A DNA stretch of 64,000 nt from positions 64,001-128,000 of the forward strand of contig JBFWWG010000008.1 in assembly GCA_050246315.1 (NCBI GenBank), given 5' to 3'. The notes below the pieces were generated by a model that was not told the DNA's origin, ran no database searches, and worked only from the letters and a program-made list of their open reading frames with translations. Made by a program: the position numbers and the translations under genes. Below are positions 40,640 through 50,606 of the stretch, one piece after another (the first letter of the stretch is position 1; each line of letters begins with the position of its first letter). The DNA is from Nitrospiraceae bacterium. Its GTDB lineage: Bacteria > Nitrospirota > Nitrospiria > Nitrospirales > Nitrospiraceae.

Positions 40640-41419
40640 ATGCTGATCGACACACACACCCATCTCGATGATCCTCGGTATGACTCCGACCGAGAGGCCA
40701 TGATCCGGCGCGCGAAGGAGGCCGGCATCGAGGCCATGATCACCATCGGCTGCGACCTGGTGACGAGTCGGGCCGCGGTGGGGCTGACCGACCGTTATGA
40801 GTTCGTCTATGCGTCCATCGGCGTGCATCCGCATGAGGTCAGGCACATCGAAGAGGACTGGTACGACGAGTTTCGGAAGCTGGCCGGCAATCAGAAGATT
40901 GTGGCCTACGGAGAAATCGGACTCGACTACCACTACAATAACTCTCCGCCGGAGGAACAGCGTCGGCGGTTCCGCGAGCAGGTACGCCTGGCCAAGGAAC
41001 TCCGCCTTCCGCTGGTGATCCACACAAGGGAAGCGCAGGAAGACACCATTCAGATTTTGAGGGAAGAACAGGCCTCAGCCGTCGGAGGGGTCCTGCACTG
41101 TTTTTCGGGAGACGCCTGGCTGGCGAAGGATGCCTTGGACCTAGGCTTCTACCTCTCGTTTTCCGGCATCCTGACCTTTCAGAACGCGACGATGCTGCGC
41201 GATATCGCCAGGACCGTCCCGGCCGATCGCCTGCTCATCGAGACCGATTGCCCCTACCTCACTCCCGTTCCCCACCGAGGCCGGCGCAATGAACCGGCTT
41301 TTGTGAAATATGTCGCCGACCAATTAGCGTCTCTCATGCCCGGTGATCCTACGGGCTCGGTCGAGGCCATGGCCCGACTGACGTCCGACAACGCCCGACG
41401 CCTGTTCAAAATCCCCTGA
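40640..41419 (+). CDS. tatD: TatD-family hydrolase
   Basis: DTHTH, GVHPH, GEIGLD, HCFSG, ETDCPYL. Confidence 0.93.
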   Translation: MLIDTHTHLDDPRYDSDREAMIRRAKEAGIEAMITIGCDLVTSRAAVGLTDRYEFVYASIGVHPHEVRHIEEDWYDEFRKLAGNQKIVAYGEIGLDYHYNNSPPEEQRRRFREQVRLAKELRLPLVIHTREAQEDTIQILREEQASAVGGVLHCFSGDAWLAKDALDLGFYLSFSGILTFQNATMLRDIARTVPADRLLIETDCPYLTPVPHRGRRNEPAFVKYVADQLASLMPGDPTGSVEAMARLTSDNARRLFKIP

Positions 41420-41945
41420 GCTTTCTCTGCCTGGCCCGAACCGCCTTGGGCAACTTTCGAGGGTTCCCTCTCTTCTCAGTGCGGCCCCGAGGCCGGTCAG
41501 CCTCCATCGCTCTGTCGCGTCCTGCTAGCCAGGCAGGAAACGCCTCCCCAGACCTCGCGATCCGAAGCCTCGCGGCAAACTCGGCCGCGCCCATGACAAA
41601 GGCTCCGGCCCGCCTCGCGCTGTCCGCCACCTCCCGATCGGAGGAGACCACGGCACAGTCGTGCCCCAGTTGCATCGCCAACCGCTGAATAACCTGGTCG
41701 GCCCGCTCGCCTCGGCGAGAGTAGACCACTTCCACGCCGCTCCGAAATTCCCGTCGCTCAACCGGCATCCCCTCCTTCCATCCATCGAACACCACCGTGA
41801 GCGGATGCCCTTTCTGGGCATGATACGCGCTCAAGTCCCTCAACAATCCCTCACGAGCTGCCTCACCGGCGTATGACAACCCCGCTGCTCCCGCGTACAG
41901 AAACCCGAGTAGATTGTACCCGTCTATGATCACCTGTTGCGCCAT
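41406..41945 (-). CDS. NYN-domain (YacP-like) ribonuclease
   Basis: IIDGYN, VVFDG, ADQVI, VVSSDR. Confidence 0.85.
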   Translation of the reverse strand: MAQQVIIDGYNLLGFLYAGAAGLSYAGEAAREGLLRDLSAYHAQKGHPLTVVFDGWKEGMPVERREFRSGVEVVYSRRGERADQVIQRLAMQLGHDCAVVSSDREVADSARRAGAFVMGAAEFAARLRIARSGEAFPAWLAGRDRAMEADRPRGRTEKRGNPRKLPKAVRARQRKLRGF

Positions 41946-42096
41946 GATGGGACGAGCCTATCGAACGGACACAGGCGAGTCAAACCGACGACAACAGGCC
42001 CCGCTCCGAGCCACTTTCCCTTGACAAGCCTCATTTTCTGAGACTAAATGACGAACAGTTACCCATCCCTTTTGTCGGATCGTCAACGGGCACCGC

Positions 42097-43413
42097 ATGC
42101 AACGCCTTATGGTTCAGGTCTTAGCCTGGCTGACCATCGGACTCCTCGCGGTCGGAACCTCTCCCGGCCTCGGTGCTGCGGAATCGGACTCGCCCTCTCG
42201 CCAAACCCGCCCCGCCTCTCACAGTACGAGTCCGGTTAAGCGTCTGCCGACCTACGCCTCGACTTCCGCCCTGGTCCAGGATTTGCGGGTCAGCCAGGAG
42301 AAGGAGTCGTTCCGGTTGGTCCTCCATTTGGACCGCAAGATTCGGGTGACGCAAAGTCGCGAGAAGGATTCGGGGAAACTTATCCTCGATTTCCTGAACA
42401 CCAAACTGACCAAGACTGCGGCTGAGAAGCTCGTCCAGGCGACGATGCTTCCTCAGGCCGTGCGGATCACGCTGCAACAGCAGCCATCCTTCCTCCGCTT
42501 GTCACTGAATCGTAAGGCGGTCAGCCGTTTCAATTACTTTATCCTCGGCACACCGAATCGTTTCGTCCTGGACTTCACTCCGGTTCAGGCGCCCCCCCAG
42601 GTATCTCACGAGGCGACTTCCTCCGCTTCGGCGGACGCTGGCACAGCACCGGCTGCCTCAACGGAGGCCGTCCAGCCGAAGGCCGCAGCACCTCCGGCCG
42701 CTCCAGCCGCTGCCCGGCGGACGGCCGAGCAGATTCGAACGATCGTGATCGATCCGGGCCATGGCGGAAAAGATGCGGGTACGGTCAGCCGGCGCGGGTT
42801 GGAAGAGAAGGCCATCACCCTAAGAGTCAGCCTGCGGCTGCGCGACCTCATCAAAACCAGGCTCGGCAAACGGGTCTTGATGACGCGGGACCGAGATGAT
42901 TTCATCGAACTCGGCGAACGGGCCAAATTCGCGAACGCGAACGAGGCCGACCTCTTCATCTCCGTCCATGTCAACTCGCATCCGCAGCCATCGGTCAAGG
43001 GTCTCGAAATTTATCATTTTGGAGAGGCCAAGGATCAGCGCGCTCTTGAAGTGGCGGCTCGAGAAAACGGCACGCCGATCAACGGCAACAATGTGGGATG
43101 GGAATACCTCGTGGCCGATCTCCTCACGGCAAAACGGATCGAGGAGTCGCTTGAGTTGGCCTGGCAAACCAAAGAGGCGATGGTTAAACACCTCAATGAG
43201 CCATACCAAACGGTGGATCACGGTGTGAAGACCGCTCCGTTTTACGTACTGCGCTATACCGCCATGCCGAGCATCCTCGCGGAGATCGCATTCATGTCCA
43301 ATGCGTCTGAGGAACAGTTGATGCGCCAAAGTTCCTTCATCGACGACGTGGCAGAAGCCCTCTTCCAGGGCATCAAGTCCTATATTGATCCCGTCCCGCC
43401 GACCTCCCGATAG
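42097..43413 (+). CDS. N-acetylmuramoyl-L-alanine amidase (Amidase_3)
   Basis: IDPGHGGKD, FISVHVNS, PSILAE; signal peptide and AMIN-like region. Confidence 0.92.
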   Translation: MQRLMVQVLAWLTIGLLAVGTSPGLGAAESDSPSRQTRPASHSTSPVKRLPTYASTSALVQDLRVSQEKESFRLVLHLDRKIRVTQSREKDSGKLILDFLNTKLTKTAAEKLVQATMLPQAVRITLQQQPSFLRLSLNRKAVSRFNYFILGTPNRFVLDFTPVQAPPQVSHEATSSASADAGTAPAASTEAVQPKAAAPPAAPAAARRTAEQIRTIVIDPGHGGKDAGTVSRRGLEEKAITLRVSLRLRDLIKTRLGKRVLMTRDRDDFIELGERAKFANANEADLFISVHVNSHPQPSVKGLEIYHFGEAKDQRALEVAARENGTPINGNNVGWEYLVADLLTAKRIEESLELAWQTKEAMVKHLNEPYQTVDHGVKTAPFYVLRYTAMPSILAEIAFMSNASEEQLMRQSSFIDDVAEALFQGIKSYIDPVPPTSR

Positions 43414-43500
43414 CAGCGCGGCTCAGATCGATGGTCGTCCGCCATTCGTTCGACGTCAACCTGTCGCCAGACGCCGTCATGCGCGCGTGGGAGCCGCTCT

Positions 43501-44235
43501 ATGCAGACGATCAAGCTGACGCTGGAATATGACGGCACGAATTACGCCGGCTGGCAGCGGCAAGCCGATCAACCGACCGTCCAAGCCGTTTTGGAGCAGG
43601 TCATCGGGCAAGTGACTCAGGCTACCCTCGCCGTCGTCGGGGCCGGACGCACCGATTCAGGCGTCCACGCGCTGGGGCAGGTGGCAAGCTTTCGAACCGA
43701 GCGGCGTCTGACGCCTGCCGAATGGATGCGGGCGTTGAACGGGCTCCTTCCCGACGACATCTGCGTCCGCTCCGTGGAATTCGTGCCGGACGACTTCCAT
43801 GCCCGGTACTCCGCCATGGGCAAACTCTACGAATACCGAATCCTCAACCGACCCGATCGCTCCGCGCTGGATCGCGACCGCGCCTGGCACCTCAGAACAG
43901 CGCTGGATCAACATGCGATGGGAGAAGCGGCTGAGTGCCTGATCGGTCGGCAAGACTTTTCGTCCTTTCAAGGCTCTCCAACCGACACCCGGACCCCCGT
44001 CTGCCATATGCGTCAGCTCTCAATCCGAACGAAGTCGGATCTGATCCGGATCGAAGTCTATGCCGACCGGTTTCTCAAGCAAATGGTGCGGGCGATCGTC
44101 GGGACCCTGGTGGAGGTCGGACTTGGGAAACGGACGCCGGCAAGTCTTCGAGATATCCTGGCAGCTCGCGATCGGTCTGTGGCGGGCAAGACCGCCCCGG
44201 CACACGGGCTCTATCTGGTCCGGGTGGACTACTAG
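43501..44235 (+). CDS. truA: tRNA pseudouridine(38-40) synthase
   Basis: YDGTNYAGWQ, GRTDSGVHA, FHARY, APAHGLYL. Confidence 0.96.
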   Translation: MQTIKLTLEYDGTNYAGWQRQADQPTVQAVLEQVIGQVTQATLAVVGAGRTDSGVHALGQVASFRTERRLTPAEWMRALNGLLPDDICVRSVEFVPDDFHARYSAMGKLYEYRILNRPDRSALDRDRAWHLRTALDQHAMGEAAECLIGRQDFSSFQGSPTDTRTPVCHMRQLSIRTKSDLIRIEVYADRFLKQMVRAIVGTLVEVGLGKRTPASLRDILAARDRSVAGKTAPAHGLYLVRVDY

Positions 44236-44479
44236 CCCACATTATTCATGAACGCTTCTACTGCAACCGCCGATACGCCGCTGCGACGAGCCAGCATGCG
44301 GCTTGGAATGCATGGTGACGGGCAGGCTCGCCCCTCATGGTCTCAACATACTGTTTCAAGTATGCTTCGCCCCCTCGGGGCTCCGCGTGGGGGTACCCAT
44401 TGCGCTTCTCCATGCAATGGGTCCGACGCGTGGCGTCTTGTCGGTTTCGTCACGAACCGTCATGAACAATGTGGGCTAG
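44232..44479. mobile_element. MITE, 248 bp, CTAG-ended TIRs
   Basis: CTAGCCCACATTATTCATGA ... TCATGAACAATGTGGGCTAG (19/20); the left CTAG contains the truA stop. Confidence 0.85.
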
Positions 44480-44495
44480 ATGGTATGCGGCTGGA

Positions 44496-45143
44496 TCAGG
44501 ATCGAGTGTTGTTCGGGTTTTCCAGCTTCTTGCGGAGTTCGATCAGCTCCCGCTCAAGCGCCTCGAAGCGGTCGATGATGGGATCGCGGATGTTCGTGTG
44601 ATCCATGGTGGCTTCGGGCACCCGTTCGCCCTCCATCTTGATGATGCGGGCGGGCACGCCGATGACCGTGGAATGGGGCGGCACGGACTTCAAAACGACA
44701 GAGTTGGCCCCGATCTTCACGTTGTCACCGATCCGGATGGCGCCCAGGATCTTGGCGCCGGCCCCGACCACGACGTGGTTGCCGATCGTGGGATGGCGCT
44801 TGCCGCGCTCTTTGCCGGTCCCCCCGAGCGTGACCCCTTGAAACAGGGTGACGAAATCCCCTATCTCGGCCGTTTCCCCGATCACCACTGCCATTCCATG
44901 GTCGATGAAGAAACCCTGGCCGATCTTCGCCCCGGGATGAATTTCAATGCCGGTGAGCCAACGGGCGAGCTGGGAAATCAGCCGTGGCAAGAACGGAACC
45001 CCCTTGCTGCGAAGCCAGTGAGCGAGGCGATAGGCCAGCAACGCATGGAAGCCCGCATAGGTAAAAAGGACTTCCAACCGACTGATGGCAGCCGGATCGC
45101 GATCGAATACCGCCTGAATATCTTGTCGGATCGTCCTGAACAT
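44496..45143 (-). CDS. cysE: Serine O-acetyltransferase
   Basis: [32 protein letters not shown]. Confidence 0.96.
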   Translation of the reverse strand: MFRTIRQDIQAVFDRDPAAISRLEVLFTYAGFHALLAYRLAHWLRSKGVPFLPRLISQLARWLTGIEIHPGAKIGQGFFIDHGMAVVIGETAEIGDFVTLFQGVTLGGTGKERGKRHPTIGNHVVVGAGAKILGAIRIGDNVKIGANSVVLKSVPPHSTVIGVPARIIKMEGERVPEATMDHTNIRDPIIDRFEALERELIELRKKLENPNNTRS

Positions 45144-45179
45144 CCACCCTCCGCCTTGCTGCGGCCAAGTCTCGTTATT

Positions 45180-45668
45180 CTACTTGCCCGGCCGGCCCTC
45201 TATCAAACAGGCTGCCTGCGCGGCAATTCCCTGCTCCTGACCGATGGCATCCAGCCCCTCGCCGCTCTTGACCTTGACGTTAATGCAGCTTGGATCGACA
45301 TCCAGGATATCGGCCATCGTCTTCGCCATGCCCGCAAGATAGGGCGCGAGGCGAGGGGCCTGCGCGATAATGGTGCTGTCGATATTGACCAGGCGGTATC
45401 GCCGCCGTTCCAGCAGGTCCGCGACTTCCTTGAGAAGTTTCAGGCTCGAAATGTTCTTGTAGGTTGGATCCGAGCTCGGAAAATGTCGGCCGAGGTCGCC
45501 CTCGCCCATCGCACCCAAGAGAGCATCGCACACCGCATGCACCAGTGCGTCGGCATCCGAGTGTCCCAAGAGGCCCTTGTCATGGGGAATCGCCACCCCT
45601 CCGAGTATCAGCTTTCGACCCGCTCCCAACGGATGGATGTCATAGCCCATGCCGATGCGAACATTCGT
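45180..45668 (-). CDS. ispF: MECDP synthase (start uncertain)
   Basis: RIGMGYDIH, GHSDAD, DLGRHF, NVK..GL. Confidence 0.93.
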   Translation of the reverse strand, partial: TNVRIGMGYDIHPLGAGRKLILGGVAIPHDKGLLGHSDADALVHAVCDALLGAMGEGDLGRHFPSSDPTYKNISSLKLLKEVADLLERRRYRLVNIDSTIIAQAPRLAPYLAGMAKTMADILDVDPSCINVKVKSGEGLDAIGQEQGIAAQAACLIEGRPGK

Positions 45669-45690
45669 TGACGCGACGTTTGCCTTCTGA

Positions 45691-46389
45691 CTAGTGCCTT
45701 GACGCAAGGATGGCCTCCCCAATGATGAGATCTTCCGGTCTGGTGATTTTAATGTTGTCCCCGCTCCCCTCGACGACCACGACGGGCGCACCGATCCGCT
45801 CGACCAGATCCGCCTCGTCCGTCCCCGTGTATCCGTCGATCACGGCATGGTCGTGCGCTTTCTGAAGCACGGCGCGTCGAAAGGCCTGCGGGGTTTGGGC
45901 TTGCCAGAGGGTGGTGCGATCGATGGTGCGCTCGATAACGTAATCGGCGCCTACTTGCTTGAGCGTGTCCCGTGCGGGAATGGCGATGATGGCGCCCCCG
46001 TGCCGATCGGCGGCATCCGTCACCCGAACGATCATGTCTTCAGTGAGGAACGGCCGGACCGCATCGTGGACCAGCACAAGGTCGGTGTCCGACGTCACCT
46101 CGGTCAGCGCGTGCCGGACCGAATCCTGCCGTTGCTTGCCTCCTGCGACGATCCGTCGCACCTTCGAGAACCGATGGCGGGCGACGATCTCGTCCCGACA
46201 ATATTCCCGGTCCTCGGCCGGCACAGCCAGGATGACTTCCGTGACGACCTCAGATGCCTCGAACGCCCGCAAGGAATGCACCAGAAGCGGCACGCCGCCG
46301 AGCCCGAGGAATTGCTTGGGCGTCTTGGTGCCCATGCGCAAGCCGCGTCCGGCGGCTGGAACCAACGCGACGACCTTTCGTCTATCCAC
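45691..46389 (-). CDS. ispD: MEP cytidylyltransferase
   Basis: [32 protein letters not shown]. Confidence 0.96.
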   Translation of the reverse strand: MDRRKVVALVPAAGRGLRMGTKTPKQFLGLGGVPLLVHSLRAFEASEVVTEVILAVPAEDREYCRDEIVARHRFSKVRRIVAGGKQRQDSVRHALTEVTSDTDLVLVHDAVRPFLTEDMIVRVTDAADRHGGAIIAIPARDTLKQVGADYVIERTIDRTTLWQAQTPQAFRRAVLQKAHDHAVIDGYTGTDEADLVERIGAPVVVVEGSGDNIKITRPEDLIIGEAILASRH

Positions 46390-47398
46390 GCGCGACTTGC
46401 AGCTCCTCCCGCTCGTTCTCGTCTTTCAACCGGGTGAAAATCATACGCCCCGCCGTGGTTTGCAGCACGCTGGTCACGATCACGTCCACGTTCCGTCCGA
46501 TCCAACGCCGAGCATTATCGACCACGATCATCGTACCGTCGTCAAGATACGCCACCCCTTGGCCCGGCTCCTTCCCTTCCTTGAGCACAAACACCCGCAT
46601 CGTCTCGCCGGGCAACACGACCGGCCGCAGGGCATTGCAGAGTTCGTTGATATTCAACACACGGACACCTTGGAGTTCAGCCACCTTGTTCAGGTTGAGG
46701 TCATTGGTCACGACCTTGGCGTGGACCTTCTTGGCCAAGGCCACGATCTTGGCGTCCACCTCGCGAATATGAGGGAAGTCGTCTTCGACGATCCGCACTT
46801 CCAAATCCGGCATTTTTTGAATCTTGTTGAGGATATCCAGTCCGCGCCGCCCTCGCGCCCGCTTCAACGTGTCGGACGAATCGGCGATATGCTGAAGTTC
46901 CTGCAGGATAAAATGCGGCACGATGAAGGGACCTTCGAGGAAGCCGGTTTCGCACAAATCAGAGACTCGTCCGTCGATGATCACGCTGGTATCCAAGATC
47001 TTGGATCCGGTCGAGTTCGATGTATGGCCGCCCGGCCGAATCACGAAGCGTTCTTTTCCAAACTGCGCTCCCAGTACCATGCCGAGGTACGGAAATCCCA
47101 GAAGAAAGAGCAGCCCACCAACATGAAACAGGACGGTCTGCACATCGAAGACCACGCTCCCCACCCATTCGGTGAGACCGGTCAACAGCAACCCCGCACC
47201 CAATCCCGCCGTTCCGCCCAGGATGATTCCAAACGATAATTTCTGTAATACGTACTCGCTCAGCAGAATCACCAATCCCGTCACTGCGCCGATGGCAAAC
47301 CCACCCAGTAAGCTCGCCGGTTGATACTCGCCCCCTCTGGTAAACAGGGCTACTCCGGCTACCCCGCTGAGAAGGACGAAGATGGTTCTTGTCACCAT
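46382..47398 (-). CDS. PIN/TRAM domain membrane protein (YacL-like)
   Basis: [48 protein letters not shown] before ATG 47398. Confidence 0.92.
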   Translation of the reverse strand: MVTRTIFVLLSGVAGVALFTRGGEYQPASLLGGFAIGAVTGLVILLSEYVLQKLSFGIILGGTAGLGAGLLLTGLTEWVGSVVFDVQTVLFHVGGLLFLLGFPYLGMVLGAQFGKERFVIRPGGHTSNSTGSKILDTSVIIDGRVSDLCETGFLEGPFIVPHFILQELQHIADSSDTLKRARGRRGLDILNKIQKMPDLEVRIVEDDFPHIREVDAKIVALAKKVHAKVVTNDLNLNKVAELQGVRVLNINELCNALRPVVLPGETMRVFVLKEGKEPGQGVAYLDDGTMIVVDNARRWIGRNVDVIVTSVLQTTAGRMIFTRLKDENEREELQVARG

Positions 47399-47710
47399 GC
47401 GTTCACCTCCTCTCGATTCGTCGCACCCACGCCGCTTCCAAATCGATGCAGCCGAGACACCCGCCCATTCCGCCTTCTCGATTGAATGGCCCCGTTCCCG
47501 CCGGTACTCCACGGACACAGCAAAGGTCGATACCGCCCCACACCATGCACCTGTGGCGCGGCCACGACGCATCGTCCTGGATAGCAACATGTCCGGAGGA
47601 TTGGGAACCGGCGGGATATGGCCGAGCACAGACGCAAGCCCTTCAGGCTCCGTCGTAGAACCCATTCTCGGAACGCCGTGGTCGCCCCTGTACCATGCGT
47701 GACAAGGGGG

Positions 47711-48634
47711 CTACGGGATCTCTCCCGCGTAAATACCCATGACCGTGCCAAGAAACTTGAGCGCTTCGGGCTTTGGTCGCTGGAACGAATTCCGACCGAT
47801 GATCGAACCAAACCCACCTCCATCACGGATGGCGCGAACTTCTTCAAAGACATTCTTGTCTTCGCTCTTGGCCCCACCCGAGAAAATGACGATGCGCCGA
47901 CCGCTGAACGAACTCTGCACGACGTGCTTCACCCGTTCGGACAGGGTCTTGATTGGAATCTGCTCGCTTTCATACACCTTCTTGGCGGCGGCTTGCTCCA
48001 AATGGGCAGTCGGAAGCTTGACCTTCACGATATGCGCGCCAAGTTGGCAGGCAATCTGTGCCGCATAGGCGACCACGTCCATCGCCGTTTCTCCCTCCTT
48101 ACTGAGGGCCGAGCCACGCGGGTACGACCAGACCACCACAGCGAGACCGCTGGATTTGGCCTCTTCCCCCAACGCCCGAAGCTGCTCGTACATGTGCGTG
48201 CAATGGGAGGAGCCGGGATAGATGGTGAAGCCGATGGCGGAACAGCCCAATCGAAGGGCGTCCTTGACGCTGCCGGTCACCGCAGGAAGCGGGTCCTTCT
48301 CTTCGTGCAAGACATCATGATTATTCAATTTCAGAATCAAGGGAATCCGACCGGCGTACTGTCCGGCTCCGGCTTCCAGAAACCCGAGCGGCGCCGCATA
48401 GGCGTTGCACCCCGCCTCGATCGCCAGTTCAAAGTGATAATGCGGATTGTAGCCTGGGGAGTTCGGCGCAAAACTTCTGGCCGGTCCATGCTCAAACCCC
48501 TGATCCACCGGAAGAATGACGAGCTTCCCCGTTCCTGCCAGCCGTCCATGATTCAGCATCCTGGCCAGATTGGTTTTGGTGCCGGGTGAATCGCTTTCGT
48601 AGCAACTCAGTATTTCTGCCACACGATTTGTCAT
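47711..48634 (-). CDS. fbaB: Class I fructose-bisphosphate aldolase (DhnA type)
   Basis: ILPVDQGFEHGP, WSYPRG, VKVK, GSIIGRNSFQR. Confidence 0.92.
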   Translation of the reverse strand: MTNRVAEILSCYESDSPGTKTNLARMLNHGRLAGTGKLVILPVDQGFEHGPARSFAPNSPGYNPHYHFELAIEAGCNAYAAPLGFLEAGAGQYAGRIPLILKLNNHDVLHEEKDPLPAVTGSVKDALRLGCSAIGFTIYPGSSHCTHMYEQLRALGEEAKSSGLAVVVWSYPRGSALSKEGETAMDVVAYAAQIACQLGAHIVKVKLPTAHLEQAAAKKVYESEQIPIKTLSERVKHVVQSSFSGRRIVIFSGGAKSEDKNVFEEVRAIRDGGGFGSIIGRNSFQRPKPEALKFLGTVMGIYAGEIP

Positions 48635-48679
48635 GGGTTCAACCTCCACAGAAGCACGATGTCACGATTGAACAGATAC

Positions 48680-49684
48680 CTACGCCGTTCCCTTTACGGC
48701 CGCCTCGGCCTCCAGGACGTCCTCTCGACTTCCGATCAACAGCGGCACCCGCTGGTGCAGCTTCGAGGGTTCGATGTCCAGGATCCGGTGGATTCCGGTG
48801 CTGGCGAATCCTCCCGCCTGCTCCACCACCATCGCTAATGGATTGGCTTCATACAACAGGCGCAGTTTGCCATCCGGCTTTTCAACTTCGGCCGGATACA
48901 GGAAGATACCGCCCGCAAGGAGCACTCGGTGCACATCCCCGACCAGGCAACCGGAGTACCGCCCGGTGTAGGGCCGCCCCTTCGCCTTGTCCTTGACCTT
49001 CAGTTGATCAATGTACCGCTGCATGCCGGCCGGCCACTTGCGATAGTTACCCTCGTTGACCGAGTAGATTGATCCTCGGGACGGCATTTTGATCGACTCA
49101 TGTGAGAGCACATATTCGCCGATTTGAGGGTCCAAGGTAAACCCATGGACCCCCTGTCCTGTGGTAAAGACCAGCATCGTGCTGGATCCATAGAGCAGGT
49201 ACCCGGCAGCCACCTGTTCACGTCCGCACCGGATCAGATCGGCCTCTTTGGGCGGCTGGCGGGGATCGTGGTGGCGGAGGATCGAGAAGATCGTGCCGAG
49301 CGGCATGTTCACATCGGTGTTGGACGAGCCGTCCAGGGGATCGAACAACAGCATATACTTCGCCTGCGTCCAAGCCTCCGGGATCATCAAGGCCTTCTCT
49401 TCCTCTTCGGAAGCCAAGGCCGAGACAAGGCCGTTGGTCTCAAAGACCTTGATAAAGGTCTCGTTCGCGAGAGAGTCGAGCTTCTTAACCGCCTCACCCT
49501 GCACATTCGTCTCGCCGCTCAGACCAAGAATATTGATCAGGCCGGCGCGCCGCAAGGTATTCGTGATCAGCTTGCCGACCAGACCGATCTGAGCCATCAG
49601 CAGGGAGAACTCTCCCTTGGCCCCAGGGTGAGCGGCTTGTTGCTCCAGAATATGCCGGGTGAGGGTGAGCGGAAACCGAATCAT
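48680..49684 (-). CDS. fbp: Fructose-1,6-bisphosphatase class 1
   Basis: NVQGE, SEE, FDPLDGSSN, GKLRLLYEANP. Confidence 0.96.
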   Translation of the reverse strand: MIRFPLTLTRHILEQQAAHPGAKGEFSLLMAQIGLVGKLITNTLRRAGLINILGLSGETNVQGEAVKKLDSLANETFIKVFETNGLVSALASEEEEKALMIPEAWTQAKYMLLFDPLDGSSNTDVNMPLGTIFSILRHHDPRQPPKEADLIRCGREQVAAGYLLYGSSTMLVFTTGQGVHGFTLDPQIGEYVLSHESIKMPSRGSIYSVNEGNYRKWPAGMQRYIDQLKVKDKAKGRPYTGRYSGCLVGDVHRVLLAGGIFLYPAEVEKPDGKLRLLYEANPLAMVVEQAGGFASTGIHRILDIEPSKLHQRVPLLIGSREDVLEAEAAVKGTA

Positions 49685-49713
49685 AGGTGAACAAAGTCCA
49701 TCATAAGTTGTTC

Positions 49714-49742
49714 ATTATAGCGACTTCGGATTGGGCGAGCAA
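49714..49742 (-). promoter_or_regulatory. Putative sigma70 promoter for fbp-fbaB
   Basis: TTGCTC, 17-nt spacer, TATAAT, about 30 nt upstream of the fbp ATG. Confidence 0.55.
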
Positions 49743-49772
49743 TGAAAGAGAGGGGGTGCCGAACGGTCCAAA

Positions 49773-50606
49773 TTACGTGGCGCCTGACGACAGGCCAGCG
49801 GGCCCAAAGCCCTCAACCAGGTCGGCAACCACCGATCCTATGATCACCTTGGCTTTCATCATCAAGGGGATCCGTCGATCATCGTTGGAGAACCAGACGC
49901 GCACATTGCCTTCATTGAGAAAAATGCCCTGAAACGGCATGACGGCCAGGACCCTGACCGCCTCTTGCTTGCCCCAAGGCCCTTCCAGATGATCGATTCC
50001 CTCGACAAGGAGTTCGAGTTTATAAGTCTTCTTATCATGATGCACATTAAGGACAACCGCCTGGCCCGGGATCAGCGGCACAAAGGCCCTCGCAAAATAC
50101 AGGCACGAGAGCGCGTCTTGGGTACCGGCGGGAATCTCCAGTTCAGCCGGCTGTCCATCCTTCACAACCGAGACCTTCCCCTGCTCGTGATGGAACCTAT
50201 ACTCGAAGTCGTTCTTCCGCTTGCCTTCCCGTCGGTGGAACGTCATCCGCTGCGGCACAAGAGATTCCGCGTCCACCCATGACTCGACCCGGTTATCGAC
50301 CGGATAGAAGCGAGTGATCCAGGGGCTCGATCGCGCAGTCGTCACCAGCTTGATGATGGGTCGTTCCTGAATCGACTCCGCGCCTTCCACCCCCAGGGCA
50401 GCGGTACCGGCCGTCACTCCCAGCCAGGACAACCGATAGGTCAGGCGTTCGCCCACCGTGAAGGGGTGAAGGGCCCGACTGGGGGCTGCTAGAGAATCAG
50501 ATCGAACCGCGGAGTGAAGGACCCCTAACAATGAGACCGATACCAGCCAAACGCCCACGCCCTGGAGATTCCGAGACCAGCACCGAAACCGGAGACTAGC
50601 CATCAC
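49773..50606 (-). CDS. DUF3108 domain protein
   Basis: PFTVGERLTY..WLGVTAG, QDALS, VWFSNDDRRIP. Confidence 0.8.
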   Translation of the reverse strand: MMASLRFRCWSRNLQGVGVWLVSVSLLGVLHSAVRSDSLAAPSRALHPFTVGERLTYRLSWLGVTAGTAALGVEGAESIQERPIIKLVTTARSSPWITRFYPVDNRVESWVDAESLVPQRMTFHRREGKRKNDFEYRFHHEQGKVSVVKDGQPAELEIPAGTQDALSCLYFARAFVPLIPGQAVVLNVHHDKKTYKLELLVEGIDHLEGPWGKQEAVRVLAVMPFQGIFLNEGNVRVWFSNDDRRIPLMMKAKVIIGSVVADLVEGFGPAGLSSGAT

